A stretch of 62,153 nucleotides of DNA, counting the filler. It is 13 parts of 13 records of this genome, joined end to end, with 100 filler letters (N's around TTAATTAATTAA, not from the genome) between each part and the next. Parts side by side here need not be neighbours in the genome. Positions count along the whole stretch, not along the records: positions 30,534 to 34,223 come from SRR7504441_15482; positions 34,324 to 38,401 come from SRR7504441_15489; positions 38,502 to 43,275 come from SRR7504441_15492; 10 more parts are not named here. One strand, 5' to 3'. Under the pieces are notes generated by a model. The model was not told the DNA's origin, searched no databases, and saw nothing but the letters and a program-made list of their open reading frames with translations. Shown piece by piece: positions 31,175-41,177 of the stretch; position 1 is the stretch's first letter; the number at the start of each line of letters is the position of its first letter. A program made the translations under genes and the position numbers.

Positions 31175-34151
31175 ATGAGCAGTGGTGCGCAGGGCGAAGT
31201 GCTCCAGTACCTCGAGCGGCAGCTGAACCAGGCCGAGCACCAGAGTGCCCAATGGGCCCAGGCCGGCCAGGTCTGCCCCCCCGCCGCCGCCGCCGCTCAC
31301 CCGGCCGCAGGAAATGGAGACGGTGGCGGCCAAGGTGGCCGAGCTATCCAGCAGGCTCACTCGCTCCGAGGCCAACTGCGCCGCCGCCGCCGAGCGGGCG
31401 ACCGAGCTGGAGGCCGAGCTGGCCGAGGCCCGGGCGGGCGGCCAGCGGCTTGGGGCCGAGCTTGGGTCGGAGCGGGAGCAGAAGGTGCCCGGACCGGGCG
31501 GTGGGGCTGAGCGGCGGGCAGGCTGGGCTGGAGCTCAAGCTCAAGCGGCTGCTGGCCGACTTGGGGGCGGACCGGGCCAACTTCGACTCGGCCAGGCGCG
31601 GGATCGAGCTCCAAAAGCAGCAACTGGCTGGCCGGGCTGAGCAGCTGGCCCGCCGGGCCGAACATGCCGAGCGGCAGCTGGCCGACCAGGCCGCCCAAGC
31701 CAGGCTGGAGACCCGGGAGGCCGAGCAGCGGCAAGAGCGGGCGGCCGAGCAGCAGACCAAGCTCAAGCAGGCGGCGGTCAACGCGCAGCTCGAGAGCCTG
31801 GCGGTGCAAGAGGCACTCGCGCAGGCGAGCGGGCGGGCCGAAAAGGCCGAGCAGGCGCTCGAGGCCGAGCGGGCGGCTGGGGCACTGCTGGAGCAGGAGA
31901 AGCAGCAGGCGCTCAAGGGCCAGCGGGCCGAGCTGGACAAGAACAAGTTGATCAGGCAGATGGCTTCTCAGAAGAAGAGCTGCGCAGACCAGCTCGAGCG
32001 AGGGCATCAGGCGGTGGCCCAGCTGCAGGCAGCCAACGCCGAGCTCCAGAGCCAGCTGGAGGCCGAGCGGGCCGCGGTGCGCGACCAGGGGCTGATGCTG
32101 GCCAGCTTGGACGGCACGCTGGGCAGTATCCGGCCGGAGCTCGAGCAGACTAAGCTACAGCTGCAGGCTGCCACCGCCCAGCTGCAAGCCGCCACTGGGC
32201 GGGAGGCCGAGGCGGTGGCCCAGCTGCTGGCCGAGAGGGAGGCGGCCGCCCAGGCCTGCGCCGAGCGCGACCAGATGCGCTCGGAGAGAGAACAGCTGGT
32301 GGAGGCCAGTCGGGCAGCCGAGCTCAAGGCCAAGCAGGCGGTCGCGCAGGCGGGGGCGATGGAGGCCCGGCTGGATGAGCTGCGGAGCGAGGTGCGGGAG
32401 CATAACCAGTGGAGCGCCCAGATGAGCTCGGCGCTGGCGGCCGACCGGGGGCTTGTGCTCGAGGAGCTGCAAGCCGAGCGGTGCGAGGGCCGGCTGCACC
32501 GACTGAGCGCCGTGGCAGGCGGGAGCGGACCGAGGGCGCCGAGACGCGGGCTGGGGCAGAGGCCGAACGGCGGCAGGCGGCGGTGCTGGCGCTGGTGGAC
32601 CAGCAGGCGCGTGGGGCCGGGTGCAGGGCTGAGTGTGTGGGCAGCTCGAGCGGCTGGAGGCAGGCGAGCAGCCACGCACGGGAGGGCTAGACTGGGGCGG
32701 GGGCGAGGAAGTCTGGCTGGTGGATGTGGTTTGCAGCCTGCGGCTCAAGCAAGGCCCAGTTGGGCTGGCTGACTGGCTCAGTCTGTGCAACAACCAGCTG
32801 CAGCGCGCGCTCGAGCAAAGCCCCGACGATCCGCCCGCTGTGCTTGCAGCCGCGCACAGCGCCTGCAGGACAATCGAGCAGGCCCTGATCGGCGAGCTCG
32901 AGTGCGCCAAGGCCGCGGTGCTCTGCCAGCCGGCCGAGCAGCTGCGAGGGGTGATCTGGGCGGTCGGTCAGCTCCTTGAGCAGCTGGCCACCGTCTCAGT
33001 CGAGAGCTCAGCACTCGCCGGCCACCTGCTCACACAGGCGGCCAGCCAGCCATCCCCCGCCCCAGAGCCCGAGCTGGCTCTGCTCGCGCTCGGCGACGCT
33101 GAGGGGCGGCTTGAGCTGAAGCTGGGAGAGTTGCGAGCGGCCGAGGCGAGGCTTGATCGGAACGAGAGCCAGCTGCTCTCGTTGCAGGCCGAGTTGAGCC
33201 GAGCGCGCCAGGAGCACCGGGCCGAGCTGGAGGCAAGCTTGCAGGTTATTCCCTTATTAGGAATGTGTTAAGCTATGCAGCTGCCTGATTAGAAAGGTGC
33301 AGGAGCACCGGGCTGAGCTGGAGGCAAGTCTCGAGCGGGAACGGGAGCTGCGCCTGGCACTAGAACAGGCGGGCGAGCGGACTGCGGGGCTGGAGCAGGC
33401 GGCCGAGGCGGCTCTGGTCGATAAGGCCGAGCAGGCTGGCCGGCTGGGCAAGCTGCAGGCCGAGCGGGACGAGTTGCTCGAGAACGTGCACACGCTGGCG
33501 GCCGAGGCAGACCAGATCGAGCAAGTGCATCCGGCCCAGGATCCGGCCCAGGATCCGGCCCAGGCCGACCAGCAGACGATGGAGCTGCTGGTGCACAGCT
33601 TTGAGCAGGAGCTGAGCGCGCTCAGGCAGCTGCACAGCAACACAGCCAGCTGCCACCAAGCATTTGGCAGTGTGCTGGCCAGCTTTGGCAAGGCCGTCTC
33701 GCGGAACAGGAAGAGAATCGCTGGCAACTTGGAGGCAATGGGCCCGCAATCAGGCAGCAAGGCGGCCGAAACCCTGTCGCACATGCTAGCGGCGTGTGCG
33801 GAGGCCTTGCTGACGACCATGAAAAGGCTGGCGAGCGCACTGCATGACCAGCAGCCGCCGACCCACAAGCATGTGGAAGGTTTCGTATCGGCGCGCCATG
33901 CGGCTCACTGGCTGCCTGCAGGTCTGTGCCAAGAGATTGCGATTGCGCTCGAGTATGTGGCTCGATTCAACTCACCCGGGGAGCCACCCCAGCAAGCAAA
34001 AGGCTCCTCTCTCGACACGGCCTCGAAACAAGGATTAGGAGTCGCTAGCAAGAGCGTTCATGCGGACCGAGCGTTTGACATCATAGATGCCAACAAGGAC
34101 GGGGTGATCACTCGAGACGAATTTGCACAAAAAGTAACGATAACCGCATAA
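31175..34151 (+). CDS. Long coiled-coil protein with C-terminal EF-hand; at least 5 introns, one of them GC-AG
   Basis: ORFs 31175, 31245, 31252, 32409, 32633 and 33297 are joined by short introns. E/Q/A/L-rich heptads; terminal AFDIIDANKDGVITRDEF. Confidence 0.72.
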
Positions 34152-34323
34152 AGATCAATCACGTTTATACGTTACGGCCAGTTTTATCATTTGACTAGCT
34201 TGTTGAGCGCCCCTTTGGGGCGCNNNNNNNNNNNNNNNNNNNNNNNNNNNNNNNNNNNNNNNNNNNNTTAATTAATTAANNNNNNNNNNNNNNNNNNNNN
34301 NNNNNNNNNNNNNNNNNNNNNNN

Positions 34324-34667
34324 CGTGCTGATTGGTCCACTCGACCACCATCTCAGACCCCGGGTGGTAGTACATCTTGGTGGCCTTGTCCACCGCCGGG
34401 GCGCGCGGGCCCACCCTCGGTCGCGGGCAGGCATATCTGCAGGCGGTCAGCGCCCAACGGACGGCGGGTCACCCGCCCTTGGCGTTGTTCTGGGAGTCGA
34501 AGAGCCGGTCCCCGTTGTTCCGGTTGACGTTCTTCTCACCTGCCGCCCGCTCCAGCCGGCCCAGCTGCCGGCCCGGCACAGTTGCGGTCGTTCGAGCCCC
34601 GGGGCGCATGCATGTACACATCAGCCCACGCCGCGCCTAGCAGCAGCAACAGAGCCGCCGACCGCAT
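34324..34667 (-). CDS. DD3-3-like secreted protein (5' end only)
   Basis: Spliced MRSAALLLLLGAAWADVYMHAPRGSNDRNC|EKNVNRNNGDRLFDSQNNAKGG|YACPR...MYYHPGSEMVVEWTNQH matches the Dictyostelium DD3-3 family N-terminus (HNPRGSNNR, RLFDSQNN, EWTNQH). Confidence 0.85.
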
Positions 34668-34767
34668 CGCGCCTTGGCGTCTACCCCAGTTTCTGCGTCT
34701 TTCAGCTGGTTTTATCGCTTTTTTATTGGGTCGCCACAGTAACGGCTACAGCCCAGAAACCACAAAC

Positions 34768-35808
34768 ATGAGAATGCCGAAGCTGGTCTGCGCTACACTG
34801 CTGGCAGCCGCTGCGCTGGCCGCCGCTTCAAAGCCTTGTAATCCTCCCCCCTGCTTGCGCCCGGTGCGCTTCTCACTCTCGTCCGCAGGCGACATTCTGG
34901 ACGCGGCGGGTGCTCCTTGCGTTGCTGCCCACAGCGTTGTGCGCACTCTCTACCAAAACTACACCGGGCCGTTGTATCGGCTCATCCGGGACTCGGACCA
35001 CGCCGGGCTCGACATCGGACCCGACGCCAACGGACTGGCCAAGGCGGCCGACCAGGACGGGTTCTGCAAGGGCGCCGCGTGCTTCATGACCCGGATCTTC
35101 GACCAGTCCCCGCGGGGCAACCACCTGGACACATCGCCGGCCGGGGGCGCCTGTCGGTTCCCGCTCTCGCCTGTGAACGCCAGCCGGGAGAGTGTGGCTC
35201 TCGGGGGGGCGACTGTGTATGGGGCTTACTTCGAGGGTCGGATGGGGTATCGACGGGACCGCACATCCGGGATAGCAACTGGCGAGACCGAGCAGACCAT
35301 GTACATGGTGACCAGGGGCGACCACGTCAACGGCGGCTGCTGCTTTGACTATGGCAACGCTGAGACGGACAACGACGACGACGGCAAGGGCACAATGGAG
35401 GCGATTTACTTTGGGACGAGCAAAGGGTGGGGCCACGGGCAGGGCGAGGGCCCGTGGGTGATGGCCGACCTCGAGAACGGACTGTGGGCCGGCGACCAGA
35501 GAGACGCCCCGGCCCCGTCTGTAGCATTCCAGTTCGTTACAGCGATGGCCAAGGGCAAGAAGGGCGGGTTTGCTCTCAAAGGCGGGAATGCCCAGTCGGG
35601 AGACCTGCAGACGCTCCATGAAGGGCTCCGGCCGGCCGGGTACGAGACGATGAAGAAGCAAGGGGCTATCATCCTCGGTACTGGGGGCGACAACAGCTGC
35701 TCGGCCGTCGGCACCTTTTACGAAGGCGCGATGACTGCTGTTTACACGAGTGATGCGACAGATGCAGCTTTGCAAGCGAGCATCGTGGCGGCGGGCTACG
35801 GCAAATAA
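34768..35808 (+). CDS. abfB: GH54 alpha-L-arabinofuranosidase B catalytic domain, secreted, no CBM42
   Basis: Signal peptide; KPC|DILDAAGAPCVAAHS...LYQNYTGPLY, YMVTRGDHVNGGCCFDYGNAET, TMEAIYFG, GPWVMADLENGLW, MKKQGAIILGTGGDNS, GTFYEGAMT. One intron in the N-terminal Cys codon. Confidence 0.93.
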   Translation: MRMPKLVCATLLAAAALAAASKPCNPPPCLRPVRFSLSSAGDILDAAGAPCVAAHSVVRTLYQNYTGPLYRLIRDSDHAGLDIGPDANGLAKAADQDGFCKGAACFMTRIFDQSPRGNHLDTSPAGGACRFPLSPVNASRESVALGGATVYGAYFEGRMGYRRDRTSGIATGETEQTMYMVTRGDHVNGGCCFDYGNAETDNDDDGKGTMEAIYFGTSKGWGHGQGEGPWVMADLENGLWAGDQRDAPAPSVAFQFVTAMAKGKKGGFALKGGNAQSGDLQTLHEGLRPAGYETMKKQGAIILGTGGDNSCSAVGTFYEGAMTAVYTSDATDAALQASIVAAGYGK

Positions 35809-36047
35809 GCTCGCAAGTAGCGTGCTGCGGTAGCATGCACACACGTGCACCGACAAAGCCTTCAACGGGTCTTGAATTGTCAAGTCAACGCGTAAGCCAT
35901 TTGTGACATTGTGACCTTTCAAATGATTCGACCTACCAAACCCGCGATCTACCCATGATCGGAGATTGTGTAATTAAAACTCGATTTCAACTCTCAAGAG
36001 CTCTCACAATTAGTGCCCGCTCTTGAAATGAATTAAGAGAATGCCTA

Positions 36048-37006
36048 TTAACTCGGAATTGATCTGATCGCCTTGAGCGCATTGGCCGCCTCCGCGATCA
36101 GCGCGCACAGCGCCCGGCTGTCGTCCACGTTGTTGGCGCTCTGCAGCTGCCGGCGGGCCGCCCCTATCTTCTGGACCAGCAGTGTTTCGGTTGGGTTTGC
36201 AACCTGCGACCAGGGTAGCGCCGCGTCGTTGCTGTCCAAGCTGTTCAGCCGCAGGTTGGACTTGCGCTGCTGGTTGGGCGACAAGCTGGCCGGCGAGGGC
36301 GACGGCCCAGGCTCCGGTGAGCTTTGGCGGAAGGGGGTCCCATATGCTAGCTGGTTGTTGGTTCTAGCCGGCAGCTCCGGTGAGGGCTGGAGTTGCGGGC
36401 TGGGGGATGTAGCGCATGGCGGGCACTGGCCGGGGCTGGTGGTCCGCTTGCAGGCCACGCACTGGAGCATCCCTTGCTTGTTCTTGACCAGCGGCAGGTT
36501 GCAGCCCGGCTCGGGACAATAGTCGTTGAGTAGCACCCAGCCCTAACCCGCCGCTCAGCCGGCACCGGCCAGCTGCCCACCTGGAGCAGCTTCTGCGCAA
36601 TCTCGGCGCTGTTGCTGTAGTGCTGACCCGACGGCTCCGGGAACCCGGAAGCAGCGGGCAACTCGGTACGGAGCGGAGACGGCGACGGGGAGGGTATCGG
36701 TGGGGGGCCGGCGGGGGCGGCCAACCGGGGCCGGAAGGGTGAGGGGGCCGACTTGCTGCTCGGGTGCACGTCCGGTGACAGCTCGAACTGCTCGGCGGGC
36801 GGGCTGAGCGGGCGGCCGGGGCTGGCTTCAAGCTCGTACGGGCGCTCGCAGCCGATGCAGTAGATCTGGCCGGTCTTGCTCTTGACCAGCGGGACGCTGC
36901 ACGAGCCGTTGGGGCAGCTGTCCGAGATGAGCACCCAGCCCTCGAGCAGCTTCTTGGACAGCTCGTTCACGTTACGGTTCCCGCTGTCCGCCAGGCCTGA
37001 AGCCAT
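36048..37006 (-). CDS. ZNRD2: ZNRD2/SSSCA1 (autoantigen p27) family zinc-ribbon protein with two Zn-ribbon domains
   Basis: KKLLEGWVLISDSCPNGSCSVPLVKSKTGQIYCIGCE and AQKLLQ|GWVLLNDYCPEPGCNLPLVKNKQGMLQCVAC; C-terminal helix LVQKIGAARRQL...LCALIAEAANALKAI. Intron at about 36543-36580. Confidence 0.85.
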
Positions 37007-37075
37007 CGCTTTTGCCCTCCAAATCCTGTGAAAAGCCGTTAGAGTTCGGAGGTTGCCACTGGCAACATCATCGTC

Positions 37076-38401
37076 ATGCTGACTGGCTCCCGATCGCGTG
37101 TCGTCGTCGCGCTCCTCGCGGCCGTGGGGCTCCTATGCGCCGCCTCCGCTTGTGACACGGCGGAGGCCCTGGCGGCGGACATCGCTGCCGGCTCGCCACG
37201 CTCGCCGCATCTCGGTGAGAACGCCGGGGCCGGCCGGGTGCGCGCTGGGGCTCCTCTCACCCTGCTCCCGCAGCAGGCGGGCGAGGACAGCCCGGCCTGC
37301 CTGGACGGTTCGCCGTACGGCTTCTACTTCAACCCGTCCCGCTCCAATTCGACCAAGTGGACTATCGCAATCGAGGGCGGCGGCTGGTGTTACGATGAGG
37401 TTGGGTGCCTGGCCCGCTCCAAGATGAACCTGGGCTCCTCCAAGGGCTGGGCCCCCACCGCCGGCTGCGGCTGCATGAACCCGCTGGATGACGGCTCCGG
37501 CCTCGACGCCGCCTGCAATTGCCTGTACATGCCTTACGCCGACGGGGCCTCATTCTCAGGGTACCGGCCTCGCCCGTGGCCCGTGCCCGGCCAACCGGGC
37601 CAATACCTGCACTTCCGCGGGATCAAGAACCTGGACGCCACCCTAGAGTACGCCCTGGCCCAGCTTGGGCTGGCCGATGCCACCGATTTCGTCCTGACGG
37701 GAGGATCAGCTGGCGGGCTCTCCACGTTCTTGCACGCTGATCGAGTGGCGGCCGCCGTGCGCAGGGGGAGCACCGGGGGCCGGATCGGGATCCGGGCGGC
37801 CCCGGTGGTCGGATACTTCCTGGACCATGATAATTTCCGGCACTCGTCAGGAGAGCCTAACCAAGGCAATTGGTCGGGGGCCAACTATACAGCCAAAATG
37901 GAGTATATCTACCAGATGCAGAACATGAGCTTCGGCGGGGACGGCGGGCTGACAGCGGCGTGCGAGCAGAGGCACCCGGGCGCGCCGGGGCTTTGTTTCA
38001 TGAGTCCGCACATGCAGGACGTGATTGAGACGCCGCTGTTTATGTTTAACAGCAAGTACGACGCGTGGCAGCTGGCCAATGAGCTCCAGACCGGCTGGGC
38101 TAACGACTCGGCCGCCCAGACCGCCGTGATACAGTACGGGCTCGATTTCATGGCCCAGTTTAAGCCGTTCACGGCCTCAAGCAAGCACGGGGCCTACATC
38201 ACATCCTGCATCTGCCACGGCTGCCAGTGGGCCAGCCCAACCATTCTGACCGTGCCCGGCTCGGCTGCCCCATACGTGGCGTATGCGAGGTGGGCCACCG
38301 GCCGGGACTCGGGCGCAGCAGCCATCCATGTGGATCCGCGGTACCCCAACGGCGGGATTCGGCCGACCAGCGCGCCGCAGATCACCGACAAGTCGTGCGC
38401 C
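37076..38401 (+). CDS. Pectin acetylesterase / Notum-family (CE13-like) secreted esterase (3' partial, intronless)
   Basis: ACLDGSPYGFYF, IEGGGWCY, YMPYADGASFSG, LHFRG, VLTGGSAGG (nucleophile), NSKYDAWQ, SCICH. Confidence 0.9.
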
Positions 38402-38501
38402 NNNNNNNNNNNNNNNNNNNNNNNNNNNNNNNNNNNNNNNNNNNNTTAATTAATTAANNNNNNNNNNNNNNNNNNNNNNNNNNNNNNNNNNNNNNNNNNN
38501 N

Positions 38502-39630
38502 CGAGAGGCGTCTTATCGTCCTTGTCAAGCACCAGGTGCGGCCGCTCGACGTACGGGAAGCTGAACGAGGAGCCGTCGGTGAATTGCGTGAGCCCGGTGT
38601 AGGCCACGCCGGTGTATGTCCATTTGAGCCCGTCGGGTGAGTAGGCGTGCGAGCCGCAGGTGTCGCAGCCGTACATCAGGTGGAACAGGCAGTGGTAGTG
38701 TCCGCTCACGTCCACCCAGACGAACATGTCCTCGATCCCGCCGCTCACCTGCTTGCTGCTGAACAGCGGCTCGCTGCTCCAACGGTAGCTCGAAGGGTCG
38801 CTCCAGTTGCTCGCTGTGAACACGTGCGGTGTCGAGTACTTCATCGATGGATGGTGGTCGCGCCACAGCCCGACCAGTGAGCCGTCCGGCTTGATCACCG
38901 GGGCTGCGTTGATGTCCATCATCGGTTTGGGCATCAGCACCAGCTGTGGCTCGGACCAGTCGCCCCTCGGGTCTGAAGTGAGAGAATAAGACATCATAGT
39001 CGGCGGCTTCACCTCGATCAGAGGGCCGGGCTGCTTCTTGCAGGTCGGATTGGTGCTTCCGTCGGTGCACAGCTCGCACTGGGGGCTCTTGCCGCTGGGC
39101 ATCCCGGAGTAGTAGGCCACGTACTGGCCGGAGGGCGCCCGGACCACATCGACTTCGTGACTCCAGACCGCGAACTGCTCGGCCTCGCGCACGTACAGCC
39201 CGTCCGGGCTTTCGGAGGAGGCCCGAACCGTGTGCGAGTTGCTGGTCCAGGTATGCATCCCGCAGTGCCCGGTGAGCTCGGTGGCCCACATGAACCAGCG
39301 CCCGTGCAAAGGGTCGTACAGGCTCGCCCCGCCCCACGAGCTCGTGTTCCCGGGGATCGTCCCGTTCGGACCCCCGGCCGGCACATCGAACATGCGCAGC
39401 CCGGAGCTCCGGACCGCCGGGGCCAGCTTGAGGGTGGAGCAGCTCGGGCCTTGCCAGCCCGGACCGCACTGGCACGAGCCCCGCCCGCAGACCCCGTTCA
39501 GGCTGCAGTCGGCGTCAGATTGGCAGCCCTTGGCCGGCGGGGGAGACGGGTGCCCCGCGCTGTACGGGGCGCCTTCCGCTGCCCCCAGGAGCAAGAGCAA
39601 AGCCGCCAGGTGCAACTGCGGCATCGGCAT
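38502..39630 (-). CDS. Secreted EGF-like + five-bladed beta-propeller glycoside hydrolase (GH43/clan F-like) (3' partial, intronless)
   Basis: Signal peptide; CQSDADCSLNGVC...CQCGPGWQGPSC (EGF-like); SSWGG, IEDMFVWVD..GHYHCLFH, HAYSPDGLKW, ERPHLV. Confidence 0.72.
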
Positions 39631-39704
39631 TTGTGGCTGTCTGGTTATCGAGAAAGTCCGTTAGCCAGTATTTGGTTGGGGTCCCGTGGGGCGGCATACG
39701 GTGC

Positions 39705-40977
39705 ATGGGGCGGTCGATCAGGGCGCTGCTGGTGCTGCTGCCGGTCGGGCTGTGCGCGTGTCCGGTGGTGACCAAGCCGCTCCCGCGGGTAGCGCTCAAG
39801 GAGCTGACGCCGGAGCGCTGGGCCGAGTTTGATGGCAAGAGTCCGGTGCTGATCACCGGGATGATGGATGGCTGGCCGAGCCTCAACTGGAGCCCGGACT
39901 ACCTGCGCGAGCGGCTGGGCGACCGGGAGCTCGATTGGACCTGGCAGAAGCCCCAGAGCCCGATGGACGGCCGGTCGATGTGGTCGATGGGCCAGCGAAC
40001 CACCCTGTGCGGCGGCCGGGCGGGCCGGTCTGAGCGGCCGGGCAGGGAGGACATGCTGGACATGGCGGCGATGGCCAACCCGAAATCGACGGTGATCACG
40101 ATCGAGGAGAACTTTTTATACAGGAACAAGGAGCTTGACCCCGAGATCAGAGTGCCGCCCCTGTTCGAGAAAGAGTGCCTGCCTGGCCCAGCCGGCCCAC
40201 TCAGCCGGCCGGCAGTTACTTCCGGAGCTCCGGCTGGTTCCACAACTCGCACAGGGAGCTGCACCACGTGAGGCCGACCAACCGGGCGCTGTGCATCGGG
40301 GGGCTGGGCGCCGTGTCCGAGCTGCACGTGGCGCTCTACAACTGGACTGGGTGGAACGCGCTGATGCACGGCTCAAAGATCTGGCGATTTATACGGCCAG
40401 AAGCCGGGACCGAGCAGAGCTTCTACGCCTGGCGCAACCCAAACGTGCGCGGCCGGCTGGGCTTGTTGAGCGTGGACAGATAAAGAACTTTAGCGCGGGC
40501 TGGAACTCGCTGGGCAACCTGTACAGCAAGCAGGGCCACCAGCCGGGCTGCTTCTACGCTGACCCGGTCGAGCACGGCGAGCTGAACAAGCTGTCGATCC
40601 TGGAGGTGATCCAGCGGCCGGGCGAGATAGTGAGCATCCCATCGGGCTGGTGGCACCAGACGTACCACCTGCAGACCACGATTGCGCTCGCCTCGCAATA
40701 TGTCAACCAAGCTAACATCCAGCAGGTGCTCCAGGCGCTCATAGACTGGAACGGGGTGAGCGACCAGTGCCTCGAGCCCGACTACAAGCACATGGACCTG
40801 TTCGCCAAGAGCCGCAGGGTGATAGAGTGTGTGGTAGCTGCCAAGGACGCCGCGGGAGACAGCCGGTACAAGAAGTCGCTTAACGCGGCCTGCATCGGGC
40901 CCCTCTCGTACCCGCGTGCCCCCGGGGTGTATAAATGCCGCCGCGAACCTGGCAAGTCGACTAGGCGCGGCTACTAA
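39705..40977 (+). CDS. Signal-peptide JmjC/cupin-8 Fe(II)/2-oxoglutarate oxygenase-family protein with HxA in place of HxD; 3 introns
   Basis: PVLITGMMDGWPSLNWSPDYL; LCIGGLGAVSELHVALYNWTGWNALMHGSKIWRF; IQRPGEIVSIPSGWWHQTYHL..TIALASQY. GT-AG introns near 40007, 40175 and 40445. Confidence 0.85.
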
Positions 40978-41177
40978 GGACTCAGTAAGCACTTAATAAT
41001 ACTCGTATGATTTGTCTAGATTTGTCTACTTGAGATTACTTGAGATAATTATGGAAATCGAACGAAACACGTGTGGAACGTGCGTATCTCTATAACGATG
41101 TCCATTAAAGTCTGTTTAAGTCTTACTAGTGTTCCTAAGCTATTCCTAAGCTAAGTACTATAGAGACTACAATTAGA

